Assembly: GCA_050250895.1 (NCBI GenBank)
Contig: JBFWNU010000007.1
Coordinates: forward strand, 288,001 to 352,000
DNA from: Vulcanimicrobiota bacterium
GTDB lineage: Bacteria; Vulcanimicrobiota; Xenobia; Xenobiales; JADMJV01
Direction: 5' to 3'
Length of the DNA stretch: 64,000 nt
Of the stretch, positions 28,533 to 37,466 are shown in pieces (positions within the stretch are counted from its first letter, which is position 1; the number at the start of each line of letters is the position of its first letter). The position numbers were made by a program, and so were the translations under genes. Below the pieces are notes generated by a model. The model did no database searches. It was not told where the DNA came from and worked only from the letters and a program-made list of their open reading frames with translations.

Positions 28533-30314
28533 ATGTTGAGCTCCTTCCAAAAATCAGAAGTCGAGCGAATTCTTGAACGGGCGGGGTATTCGGTAGCCGA
28601 TCTCAAGTGGTGCGGCATGACCGAGTTCCCTTATTACGAGCGAGAACTGGCTCCCAGTCGACTACCTCAAGATACGCAGGTGTGTTGGGACCCTGGCAGC
28701 GGATACTATTTCGCGTTCTATACCTCCGGGGTTGAATGGAGAGGTGTCTTTTCGCCGTCCAAGGCGTTCGTCCGAGCCAGCTATGTGGTCGACTCCTGGC
28801 ATTCGATTCCGGGCTTTCTCTACATCTGGGCCGAAGAGCTGGTGGAAGAGCTGCAAAGCGGACCAGTCTGGAAAGGCGCCACCGAGGCAAGCGCGGGGCG
28901 CAATCTGCTCAAACGCAGCCAGCTCAATGTGGTCGGCCAGGCGTTGCTCGAGGCGGGCATCGACCTGGCTGAGGTCGACTGTCGAACGACCGGTCCCGCG
29001 GTGTTGTTCGTGCACCGAGCCAGTGGTTTCCAGTTTACCCTGACCAGCCCGACCTGGACGAACTTTTCGGGAGAGTTCGCGCCCGGACCCGGCGAGCCGT
29101 TTTCTGACCTCAACTGGGTGAAGGTCATCTACAAAGCCCAGCAGTGGGGGCGGGCCTTGCGCGAAGAATTGGATCTGCGGGCCATGACCGCCGAAGAGCG
29201 TGCCGAGCGTGAGCGCCAGAAGCGCGAAGAAGAGGAACGCAAAGCGCGCGAAGAGGCCGAACGATTGGCCCGGGAAGAGGCCGAACGGCTCGAGCGTGAA
29301 CGCATCGAACGTGAGGAGGCCGAGCGGCTCGAACGCGAGCGGCTCGAGCGCGAAGAAGCCGAGCGACGCGAGCAAGAAGAAAATGACCGGCTCGAGCGTG
29401 CCGAGCGCGAGATCTGGGAGAACGGAGAGTGGACCGTTACCCTACTTGAACTCGAGAACGTTCGTGGCTTTTCCCGCAAGATTGTCGAATTTCCCACCCA
29501 ACCCCGTCGCCTGACCCTGGTGGCCGGGCCCAACGGAGGTGGCAAGACCACCGTGTTGATAGGGCTGGCTCTGGCCCTGGCCGATCCGGGCGAGGCCCTG
29601 ACCTTTCTTCAGTCGCCGGCTGCTTCGGGGATGGTGGGGGAGGAAGCCCCCACGGCCACTCTCCGCGCCACCCTGGTGGGCCCCGACGATCGGGTGGTGA
29701 TCGTCGAGACGGTGATCGGGGCTGGCAATCGTCTGCTCAAGAAAGACCCGGTGCCGTTCCTGCTGGTGGCCGGCTATGGGGCCGCCCGGGGGGGGCGGCG
29801 CAGCCAGCCAGCCTCCGGCTACTCTCGCCTTCGGGCCTGCGATTCGCTACTCGAGAACCAGCCGGGGCTCGAAGAGCCTGAACTGGTGCTGCGGCGGCTC
29901 CAAGCCAGGCTGGGCGATGAGTTTGATTCTTTTCTGGGCAACTTGACCGGGTTGCTTGAGTTGCCCTCAGGCACGAGCTTGAGGCTGCTCGAACAGGGCG
30001 GTCTGGTGATCGATACCTCGAGTTCGATGCTGGCCTGGTCGGCCTGGTCCAACGGCCTGCGTTCGACCTTCACCTGGATTTTGGACCTGGTCGGGCAGGG
30101 TCTGTCGGCCGGTCGTTTCGGCAGCGGACTTCACGGCCTGGCTCTGGTGGATGAGATCGAGCTTCATCTGCAAGCGACGCACCAGGCCCACATCCTGAAT
30201 GGATTGACTCGTCTGTTTCCGCGGGTGCAGTGGGTGGTGACCAGCTTGAGTTCGACCGTGTCTCGGGGCGCAGCCACGTCCGAGTTGGTCAATCTCGAAC
30301 TGGTAGAAGTCTAA
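28533..30314 (+). CDS. AAA_21/ABC-type ATPase with duplicated N-terminal domain and E/R-rich helix
   Basis: LENVRGF, Walker A GPNGGGKTT, AGYGAAR, SNGLRS signature, Walker B LVDEIELHL and LFPRVQWVVTS. Confidence 0.75.
   Translation: MLSSFQKSEVERILERAGYSVADLKWCGMTEFPYYERELAPSRLPQDTQVCWDPGSGYYFAFYTSGVEWRGVFSPSKAFVRASYVVDSWHSIPGFLYIWAEELVEELQSGPVWKGATEASAGRNLLKRSQLNVVGQALLEAGIDLAEVDCRTTGPAVLFVHRASGFQFTLTSPTWTNFSGEFAPGPGEPFSDLNWVKVIYKAQQWGRALREELDLRAMTAEERAERERQKREEEERKAREEAERLAREEAERLERERIEREEAERLERERLEREEAERREQEENDRLERAEREIWENGEWTVTLLELENVRGFSRKIVEFPTQPRRLTLVAGPNGGGKTTVLIGLALALADPGEALTFLQSPAASGMVGEEAPTATLRATLVGPDDRVVIVETVIGAGNRLLKKDPVPFLLVAGYGAARGGRRSQPASGYSRLRACDSLLENQPGLEEPELVLRRLQARLGDEFDSFLGNLTGLLELPSGTSLRLLEQGGLVIDTSSSMLAWSAWSNGLRSTFTWILDLVGQGLSAGRFGSGLHGLALVDEIELHLQATHQAHILNGLTRLFPRVQWVVTSLSSTVSRGAATSELVNLELVEV
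29190..29412 (+). repeat. Coding tandem repeat (REEAERL/ERER)n
   Basis: Repeated GAAGAGGCCGAACG/CTCGAGCG units encoding an E/R-rich helix. Confidence 0.75.
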
Positions 30315-31570
30315 ACCTTTTCCGGTCTGACTCCCAGGCGGGCATAGAGCTTATCCTGAAAGTCGTCCGAGCTAAAGACGCCCGGCAGTCCCAGAGGCCT
30401 GAACAGGCTGGCATGGCGGCGGGTGAGGGCGAGCATCTCCTCGCCTTCCTGGCGAAACTCTTCTAATCGGCGCTGGTATTGCTCGGTCTCGACCACTTGA
30501 AAATCGGTGAGGTCGAGGGTTTGTCCGTCGGCGGGAAACACCCCCACCAGCCCGGGCAGGCCGAGTTCTTGCTCGTTGAAGTTGAGCAGCACAGAGTCTT
30601 TGACGAAACCGATGAACGACGGCCCTTCGAGGTTGAGCGGCAGGGCAAAGGCTGCTTTTACCTCGATACGGTCAGAAAGCTTGGTCAGCGGGGTCGGACG
30701 GCGCCGACGCGACGAGAGCACTTCGCACAGGTAGCAACGAGTATCGCTGCCTTCGAGGTACTTCTGCTCGCCGAACCAGAGCGCCGGTTTCCAGATGTTG
30801 AGCCCGGTCTCGGTGACATCATAGGCGTGAGGATAAGGGCGACGGAAAGTCATCGGACCCGGTCCATCGCTGAGCAAGAAGCGTTCGGCCAGATGGCAGG
30901 CCTGGCTGTGGTGGGCAAACCAGGCCGCTTTGAAGGCGAAACGCTCATAGTCCCATGAGGCCTGCAGGTTGCGGCCATCCACCACCACCGGAATACGCGA
31001 GAACAGGCAACGCGAACTCAACAGCTTGAGGTAATCGGCGTTGCGGCCGGCGTTTTCCCAGAATCTCCAGCTGCGTCGATGGCGCAGATAGAATGTGCAT
31101 CGGACCTTGCCGTCGACAAAGGGGTGGTCGAAGTTCAGGGTATCGCTCTCGATGTTCTTGTCGGTGATGCGCAGGCGAAGCCCTTTTGACCCGTGACGAA
31201 CCAGCCAGCAGACCTCCTGGGCTTCGACCGTCAAAGCTGCCGACACCGCCACCACCAGATGGCGCAGGGCTCCGTCTTCGAGCTTGTAGGGGTCGGTCAG
31301 GGCGTTGAGCAGTGGCTCGAAATCGATCATCTCGCGGTGCTCTCTCACCACGAACGTCACCAGCGTCTCCCACGGAGCCAGTCTCACCCGGACCGATCCC
31401 GAGTCGAGCCGGTCAGCGCACTGAACCAGCTTGAGCAGGTAGTATTCGGGGGCCGGAAGGCGATAGCGCTGCAGCTTGTCGCGGGCATCGATAAGATCGA
31501 GCGTGAAGTTGCCGCTCGAGTTGAAGTCCCCCCCCTGCAACTGCTCCTGAAGATAGTCCTCGAGCCGCAT
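30311..31570 (-). CDS. Uncharacterised degenerate GHKL-like family protein (paralog 2 of 4)
   Basis: NSSGNFTLD...DKL..Y.L..PEYYLLKLVQCA; RC.FS.IP..VDG; LPG..GV....TLDLT.FQVVE. Confidence 0.7.
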   Translation of the reverse strand: MRLEDYLQEQLQGGDFNSSGNFTLDLIDARDKLQRYRLPAPEYYLLKLVQCADRLDSGSVRVRLAPWETLVTFVVREHREMIDFEPLLNALTDPYKLEDGALRHLVVAVSAALTVEAQEVCWLVRHGSKGLRLRITDKNIESDTLNFDHPFVDGKVRCTFYLRHRRSWRFWENAGRNADYLKLLSSRCLFSRIPVVVDGRNLQASWDYERFAFKAAWFAHHSQACHLAERFLLSDGPGPMTFRRPYPHAYDVTETGLNIWKPALWFGEQKYLEGSDTRCYLCEVLSSRRRRPTPLTKLSDRIEVKAAFALPLNLEGPSFIGFVKDSVLLNFNEQELGLPGLVGVFPADGQTLDLTDFQVVETEQYQRRLEEFRQEGEEMLALTRRHASLFRPLGLPGVFSSDDFQDKLYARLGVRPEKV

Positions 31571-31605
31571 GGGGAGAAATTCCCGGCGGCTTCAAGGAAT
31601 CCTGG

Positions 31606-32337
31606 CTACCAGCCTTCGACTACCAGGTTTCGGGGGCGGATGGGTAGATCGGCCAGTTGGGTCAAGAAGTAGTCGAGTTCGCTGTTCTCGCAACAGAGAT
31701 AGAACGACGTGCTTTCTAGTTCGGGGAGGTGCTCGAGGATCGACTGTCCCGAGATTCTGGCCATGGGCCCTGGCCAACCGGCCTGCTCGCGCTCTTCGGC
31801 CAGGAAGAGATAGCGGCAAAATCCTGGCAGATAATAATCACGAAACTCCTGGTCAAAAGCCAGCTGATGCGGGTCGGTGACCTCGTGAAGCAGAGTAAAT
31901 CGCCGGGTCTTTCCGGTCAAGAGAAGCTCGAGAAACAGGCTGCGGGCGGCCACCACACTGTGGTCGCGGGCAATCACGCACAGGGAGCGGGAGTCGTCGG
32001 GAGAGAGAACGCTCGAGCCGAACGGTCGGGTGATAGAGAGTTCTGACCCGACCTCGATCTGATCGTAGAAGGCTCGGCCGAAGCCACCTTTTCGGCTCAC
32101 GCTGAGCTGGAAGTTCGGCCCGTCAGAAGGGGCCGAGCTAAGCATCAGAGGACACTGTCGACCCTGAAAATCCACCAGGACCGCCTGCCCGCACTCGAAG
32201 CCCAGAGGCCGCTCGGCCGCGAGGGTATAGGTCCTCAGGCAGTTGGTCTCCTGAAGGATTTCGATCACCCGATGCCGGGTTACACTACTCGGGTCCAACA
32301 GGCCCGCATTTTTTTGGGGACGCAACAAGATTTGCAC
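31606..32337 (-). CDS. FNR-like FAD-binding oxidoreductase homolog with degenerate motifs
   Basis: F.CGQAV, SSAP, VGS.L.I.RPFG and FYLC layout; SD GGAGG before the GTG. Confidence 0.65.
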   Translation of the reverse strand: MQILLRPQKNAGLLDPSSVTRHRVIEILQETNCLRTYTLAAERPLGFECGQAVLVDFQGRQCPLMLSSAPSDGPNFQLSVSRKGGFGRAFYDQIEVGSELSITRPFGSSVLSPDDSRSLCVIARDHSVVAARSLFLELLLTGKTRRFTLLHEVTDPHQLAFDQEFRDYYLPGFCRYLFLAEEREQAGWPGPMARISGQSILEHLPELESTSFYLCCENSELDYFLTQLADLPIRPRNLVVEGW

Positions 32338-32408
32338 GTCACCCCTCCATTCGCCCCGCCCGTTGTAGTTGCGACACTAAGTCTAATAGAATGCCTCGAC
32401 ATGAGCAT
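32280..32408 (-). CDS. Putative 42-aa Cys-rich leader/small protein
   Basis: AGGAGG 8 nt upstream of ATG 32408, downstream of a sigma70-like promoter; overlaps the FNR-like gene start in another frame. Confidence 0.3.
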   Translation of the reverse strand: MLMSRHSIRLSVATTTGGANGGVTCKSCCVPKKMRACWTRVV

Positions 32409-32432
32409 CGACAATTCCTCCTGGTTTGGACT

Positions 32433-32461
32433 AGTATAAATTAACCACGGGCTACCAACAA
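32433..32461 (-). promoter_or_regulatory. Sigma70-like promoter
   Basis: Minus-strand TTGTTG-N17-TATACT in an AT-rich divergent intergenic region. Confidence 0.5.
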
Positions 32462-32493
32462 CCTTGAGAGCGCGTCCGGGTTTTAAGCCACAG

Positions 32494-33285
32494 ATGGCAT
32501 CAAGACTCATGTATGTGCTGCTCGCTCTGACGGCGCTGGGCTGGTGTGAAGGCCTCTCCCGCTACTACGAACCGGCGGGGCAGTTCGAACTCTACACCGG
32601 ACGACGTTCGCGTCAGTCTGTTGAGGATTATTCGGACGGACGGTTCAATCAGCCGCGCTCGGGCCGGCGCACCATCGTGATCGTGCCTTATGGGGATTGG
32701 GATTACTCTCGCGACCAGCAAGGGTTGACCCGGTTTCTGGAAGCCTTCTTTCAGTTGCCCGTGCGCTGGGAGACTTCCCGGCCTCTGGCCGGTCGGGCCA
32801 ACCGGTCCAAGTATTCCGCTGATCAAATCCAGCGCGAGCTCAGGCGGCGTTTGCCCTCCGACGCCCTGGCGATGCTGGCTTTGACCCAGGTCGATCTTTA
32901 TGCCGAAGACTCCGGACCGGGCCGGTTGCTTTTCGGGCAGGGTCACTACTTCAATCGGACGGCCGTGGCCAGTATGAACCGGTTGAGCAACGAGCAGGCG
33001 AGCCTGCGCCGCCACCGGCTTTATAAACTGGCCGCCCACGAGCTTTTGCACACCTTCAACCTCCGCCATTGCAGGCGTTATCGCTGCCTGCTCAACAGTT
33101 CGGGAAGCGTGGCCCAGAGTGACCGGCGACCTCTTCACCTTTGTCCCGAGTGCCTCGAGAAACTCCAACACGCCGTGGGTTTCGATGTCGAGGCCCGCTA
33201 TAGCGACCTGGTCGAGGCCACCTCCGAGGCCAGACCCGGCGATCAGCAGTGGTTTGCGGCTCGCCTGGCTTTCCTCCGTCAATAG
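32494..33285 (+). CDS. Archaemetzincin (M54) zinc metallopeptidase
   Basis: HELLHTFNLRHC..YRCLLN..LCPECLEKL; DLY..LFGQ; hydrophobic N-terminus. Confidence 0.85.
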   Translation: MASRLMYVLLALTALGWCEGLSRYYEPAGQFELYTGRRSRQSVEDYSDGRFNQPRSGRRTIVIVPYGDWDYSRDQQGLTRFLEAFFQLPVRWETSRPLAGRANRSKYSADQIQRELRRRLPSDALAMLALTQVDLYAEDSGPGRLLFGQGHYFNRTAVASMNRLSNEQASLRRHRLYKLAAHELLHTFNLRHCRRYRCLLNSSGSVAQSDRRPLHLCPECLEKLQHAVGFDVEARYSDLVEATSEARPGDQQWFAARLAFLRQ

Positions 33286-33286
33286 C

Positions 33287-33315
33287 TGGACTTCTGGGGC
33301 GAGTTTTCCTATAAT
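33287..33315 (+). promoter_or_regulatory. Sigma70-like promoter for the YccF gene
   Basis: TGGACT-N17-TATAAT upstream of the CDS. Confidence 0.5.
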
Positions 33316-33342
33316 CGTGGCTGTGGAAAGGTGGTTTTTCGA

Positions 33343-33753
33343 ATGCTAAACTTCACCGGCAATCTCATCTGGTTGCTCTTTGGGGGGCTGACCGCCGCCG
33401 GGGGCATGATGGCCGCCGGCTTTACCACCTGCGCAACCATCATCGGTATTCCCTTCGGGATCGAGCAGATCCGGGTGGGCTACGCCATGCTGACCCCCTT
33501 CGGCCGCGAGGTCCTCATCGAACGCGAGACTACCCGCCTGGAAAAGGTTCTCAACCTGGCCTGGTTTGTCTTGTTCGGATGGGCCCTGGTCATCAACCAT
33601 CTCTTCTTTGGGGCTATCTTGACGCTGACCGTGGTGGGCATCCCTTTCGCCCGTCAACATTGGAAACTAACCCTGTTCTCGGCTTTTCCCTTCGGCAAGA
33701 AGTTCGGCAAGCCGCGGCGGCCGGCCGAGTATACCGACGGACCCCGTGATTAA
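33343..33753 (+). CDS. yccF: YccF-domain inner membrane protein
   Basis: GNLIWLLFGG..TIIGIPFG..PFG duplicated (LNLAW.VLFGW..VGIPFA.QH.KL..PFG). Confidence 0.85.
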   Translation: MLNFTGNLIWLLFGGLTAAGGMMAAGFTTCATIIGIPFGIEQIRVGYAMLTPFGREVLIERETTRLEKVLNLAWFVLFGWALVINHLFFGAILTLTVVGIPFARQHWKLTLFSAFPFGKKFGKPRRPAEYTDGPRD

Positions 33754-33789
33754 GAGGGAAATGCCCGACCACGGGCAAAACTAGAGGCC

Positions 33790-35331
33790 ATGGCGAGTTT
33801 TGCCGATGGGACCCCCGAGAGTAAGCCGTCGCGGCTGGATTTTCCTCGTCCTCCCCAGTTTCCCAGTCTCGGCTCGATCAAGCGCGTCCCCACCCCTCAA
33901 GAACTCGACGAGCCGGCCACCATTGCGCCCCCGCCTCCGCTCACCGAGCGGCCGCGCTCAGAGAACTTGAGTCGTCAGGTCAACGAGCTGACCATCGAGG
34001 TCGAGCGCCTGCGCCTGGGCCAACAAGAGGGCAGCCATCTACCCGGGGCTCTGGCTTCGCTAGAACAGCGCGTCGGCGAGTTGAGCGAGCAGCTCGAGCA
34101 ACTGCGCCAACAGATCGAGTCGGCTCCGACTTCCGCCCAACCGGCGGCGGCGGTCGCGGCAGCGGCCGTGGCGGCTACCACCGAAGTCGACCTCGACATC
34201 AGCACCGAGCACCCACCGACGCTGGGTTTCAGTCTTGACGACTTGCTGCGAGTGGTCATCAAACACGGCGCCTCTGACCTGCATATCAAGCCGAACGCGG
34301 CCCCCACCGTTCGCCTCGACGGCGATCTGATCCCGATCGGCAACGACATTTTGACCCCTGAACAATCCCGCTACCTGGTGCTCACTTCCTTGCCGCTGGT
34401 CAAGCGCCATCGACTGCTGCAACGTCGCGAGGTAGACCACGCCTATGTGTGTGGAGAGGTCCGCTTTCGACTCAACGCTTTTCTCGAGCGCGGCCATCTG
34501 AGCGCCGCCTACCGCACCGTGTCCTCGGACATCCCCGGGTTCGCCCAGCTTGGGCTGCCCCAGGTGCTCGAGCGACTGGGGCGGCTCAACGACGGATTGG
34601 TGCTGGTCACGGGTCCGGCCGGGTCAGGTAAGTCCACCACCCTGGCCGCTTTGATCGACTTCATTAACGCTAACCGCAAGGCCCATGTGGTCACCATCGA
34701 GGACCCTATCGAATTTCACCATCGCGACAAGAACTCGTTTATCACCCAACGCGAGGTCGGCACCGACACGGCGTCTTTTACCGAAGCTCTCAAACAGGCT
34801 TTGCGCCAGGACCCCAACGTCATCATGCTGGGCGAGATGCGTGACCCCGAGACCATCATGACCGCGGTAACCGCTGCCGAGACCGGTCACCTCGTCCTGT
34901 CGACCTTGCACACCCCCAACGCCGTCGGCGCCATCGACCGTATCGTCGATTCTTTCACCGGCCAAAGCCAGAAGCAGGTTCGCGTCTTGCTCTCTACCTG
35001 TCTCAAGGCGGTGGTGGCCCAAAAGTTGCTCAATCGACAAGATGGCGGCGGGCGGGTGCCGGCTACCGAGGTCATGGTTGCGACCTCGACCATCGCCTCG
35101 CACATCCTCGACGGTCAGACCACCGAGATTCACCAATACATCGAACAGGGTCAGAACGAAGGCATGCATACCTTCACCCAGTCGCTGGCCCGGCTGGTCG
35201 AGAAGGGCCTCATCACTCGCGAAGACGCCCTCCACTTTGCCGACTCGCCCACCGACGTGCGCTTTGCCACCGAGGGCCGGGTGAGTGGCGGGGTCTCTCA
35301 CAGCAACGACGGCTACATCAACTACCTCTAG
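33790..35331 (+). CDS. pilT: PilT/PilU-family type IV pilus ATPase with N-terminal Pro-rich/coiled-coil extension
   Basis: ASDLHI, GPAGSGKSTTLAA, TIEDPIE, ALRQDP, GEMRD and AETGHLVLSTLH motifs. Confidence 0.88.
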   Translation: MASFADGTPESKPSRLDFPRPPQFPSLGSIKRVPTPQELDEPATIAPPPPLTERPRSENLSRQVNELTIEVERLRLGQQEGSHLPGALASLEQRVGELSEQLEQLRQQIESAPTSAQPAAAVAAAAVAATTEVDLDISTEHPPTLGFSLDDLLRVVIKHGASDLHIKPNAAPTVRLDGDLIPIGNDILTPEQSRYLVLTSLPLVKRHRLLQRREVDHAYVCGEVRFRLNAFLERGHLSAAYRTVSSDIPGFAQLGLPQVLERLGRLNDGLVLVTGPAGSGKSTTLAALIDFINANRKAHVVTIEDPIEFHHRDKNSFITQREVGTDTASFTEALKQALRQDPNVIMLGEMRDPETIMTAVTAAETGHLVLSTLHTPNAVGAIDRIVDSFTGQSQKQVRVLLSTCLKAVVAQKLLNRQDGGGRVPATEVMVATSTIASHILDGQTTEIHQYIEQGQNEGMHTFTQSLARLVEKGLITREDALHFADSPTDVRFATEGRVSGGVSHSNDGYINYL

Positions 35332-35342
35332 GAGACTCCATC

Positions 35343-36059
35343 GTGACTACTGGTCTGGTCGACGCCAGTCGACCGTTTCTGGAATATCTCGAGAATTGGG
35401 TCGGTCAGCTCCCCACCACCAGTTTTGCTCGGCTCATCGAAGAGGCGGGCGGGCCGCGAGGCGTGGCCGTGCTGGGCGTCGACCTGGTCAACGGTTTCTG
35501 TAAAGAAGGCGCCCTGGCCAGCTCCCGGGTCGGGGCTATCGTCACCCCCTCGCGACAACTGGTCGAGCGGGCCCACGGCGCCGGGGTTCGGGACTTCTTC
35601 TTCCCTTGCGACGCGCACCCCGTCGATAGCCCCGAATTCGAGGCTTTCCCACCTCATTGCCTGGTGGGCACTCCGGAGTCGTCCCTGGTGTCCGAACTGA
35701 GCGGTCTGCCCTTCGCCGACCTGTTTGAAGTGCTGCCCAAAGGCTCGATCTCGGCTCTGGTTTCCACCGGGCTCCAGCAGCGCCTCTACGAGCGTGAGCA
35801 ACTTCGCACGCTGGTGTGCGTGGGGGACTGTTCCGACCTGTGTCTTTATCACATGGCGGCCGGCCTTCGCTTTGTAGCCAACGCTCGCAAGCTGCCCTGG
35901 AAGATCGTGGTCGAGGCCCGTTCGGTCGACACCTATGATCTGCCGGTGGACACGGCGGCTGAACTAGGCATCTTGCCTCATCCCGGCGACTTTCTGCATG
36001 TCGTGTTCCTGTATCACCTTCGCCTTATCGGGGTCGAGGTGGTGGCTCGGGTCGACTGA
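35343..36059 (+). CDS. Isochorismatase/nicotinamidase-family cysteine hydrolase
   Basis: VDLVNGF, DAH, FPPHC and VGDCSDLC motifs. Confidence 0.85.
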   Translation: MTTGLVDASRPFLEYLENWVGQLPTTSFARLIEEAGGPRGVAVLGVDLVNGFCKEGALASSRVGAIVTPSRQLVERAHGAGVRDFFFPCDAHPVDSPEFEAFPPHCLVGTPESSLVSELSGLPFADLFEVLPKGSISALVSTGLQQRLYEREQLRTLVCVGDCSDLCLYHMAAGLRFVANARKLPWKIVVEARSVDTYDLPVDTAAELGILPHPGDFLHVVFLYHLRLIGVEVVARVD

Positions 36060-36099
36060 TACCTGGGGGAACCGTCGCCTGGGCCTTGAATAGCCCGGC

Positions 36100-37179
36100 A
36101 TGTCGATCTTTGGGTTGCTGTATCAGGCGCACCAGCGCAAAGCTTCCGACCTCCATCTGGTGGTAGGACTCCCCGTCACGCTACGATTGCACGGCCAGAT
36201 CGAGCCCCTGGGCTCGTCGCTGCTCGACGAGCCTCAAGTGCGGGCTCTGTTGGCCGAAGCCATCGGTGATCAGGAAATGGCCCGGCTCGAGCACGAAAAA
36301 GAGATCGACGCCGGCATCACCGTGCCCGACACCGGCCGCTGTCGCGTAGCAGCCTTCTATCAGAAGGGTAGTCTCTCGGCCTCGTTTCGACTGGTGCCCA
36401 CCGAACTGCCCAGCCCGGGTAAGCTCGGTCTACCGGCGGCGGTAGGCTATTTCAGTCGTTTGCAAAACGGGTTGGTCCTGATCACGGGGGTGACCGGTTC
36501 GGGCAAGTCGACCACCATGAGCATTATCGTCGACCAGATCAACCGGGACAGACGCTCGCGCATCATCACCATCGAAGACCCGGTGGAGTATCTGCACACC
36601 AGTAAGCGCAGCGTGGTTCTGCAGCGCGAGGTGAGGCTCGACACCGATTCTTACGGTAAGGCGCTGCGCGGGGTGCTACGCCAGGACCCCGATGTCATCG
36701 TGATTGGCGAGATGCGCGACCACGACACGGTTTCGGTGGCCCTGACGGCGGCCGAAACGGGCCACCTGGTGGTGTCTACCCTGCACACGAAAACCGCCAC
36801 CGAGACCATCCAGCGGGTCATCGACACCTATCCCGCCAATCAGCAGTCTCAGGTCAGATCTCAGCTGGCCGACACCCTTCAGGGGGTCATCTGTCAGCGC
36901 CTGATACCCAACCAGCAGGGCAACGGGGTGGCTTTAGCCTTTGAGGTGCTGGTCGTCAATCGGCCGATTCGGACTATGATCCGCGAAGGTCGGCTAGAGC
37001 AGATTCCCAACGCTCTGCTGACGGCGAAAGAGGCCGGCTGTTGCCCGTTGGACCACTGTCTTCGCTATCTACTCGATCAGGGAAAAATCGATTACGACGC
37101 GGCCATTTCCCACTGCCACGACCCGGAGTCTTTCGACATGTTGACCGGGGTCGGCGCTCCCATGCTCTTCACGGTGTGA
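36100..37179 (+). CDS. pilT: PilT/PilU-family type IV pilus ATPase
   Basis: ASDLHL, GVTGSGKSTT, TIEDPVE, LRQDPD and AETGHLVVSTLH motifs. Confidence 0.9.
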   Translation: MSIFGLLYQAHQRKASDLHLVVGLPVTLRLHGQIEPLGSSLLDEPQVRALLAEAIGDQEMARLEHEKEIDAGITVPDTGRCRVAAFYQKGSLSASFRLVPTELPSPGKLGLPAAVGYFSRLQNGLVLITGVTGSGKSTTMSIIVDQINRDRRSRIITIEDPVEYLHTSKRSVVLQREVRLDTDSYGKALRGVLRQDPDVIVIGEMRDHDTVSVALTAAETGHLVVSTLHTKTATETIQRVIDTYPANQQSQVRSQLADTLQGVICQRLIPNQQGNGVALAFEVLVVNRPIRTMIREGRLEQIPNALLTAKEAGCCPLDHCLRYLLDQGKIDYDAAISHCHDPESFDMLTGVGAPMLFTV

Positions 37180-37223
37180 GGCGTGGCCAGACGAGATGGG
37201 TCGCGCGTCAGGTGGGTTGAAAC

Positions 37224-37466
37224 CTAGCTCGCCAGGTGTTTATGAGAGCCGTCGCAGAAAGGGCTGTTCTGGCTGTGTTTGCAGCGGCAGAGAGCCACTT
37301 TTTGCGTCTCTTCAATGACCAGTTCCAACGGCGAGAACGACGTGCCTTTATGAGAGCCGTCACAGAAAGGTTGATTGCTGGATAGTCCGCAGCGGCACCA
37401 CCAGTAGGTCCCGGGCTCAAGAGTGGTGACGCTCGGAGTCGTGTCGGCAATCTTGGGAATGTCCAT
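37224..37466 (-). CDS. Tandem CDGSH iron-sulfur domain protein
   Basis: WCRCGLS.NQPFCDGSH and LCRCKHS.NSPFCDGSH. Confidence 0.92.
   Translation of the reverse strand: MDIPKIADTTPSVTTLEPGTYWWCRCGLSSNQPFCDGSHKGTSFSPLELVIEETQKVALCRCKHSQNSPFCDGSHKHLAS

Noticed and set aside
29190-29412. Low-complexity repeat as a possible VNTR or mobile element
   Set aside because: It encodes an in-frame E/R-rich helix within a CDS.
28533-31570. ATPase plus neighbouring gene as a Septu-like two-gene defence system
   Set aside because: The neighbour is convergent, lacks HNH motifs and belongs to the dispersed GHKL-like family.
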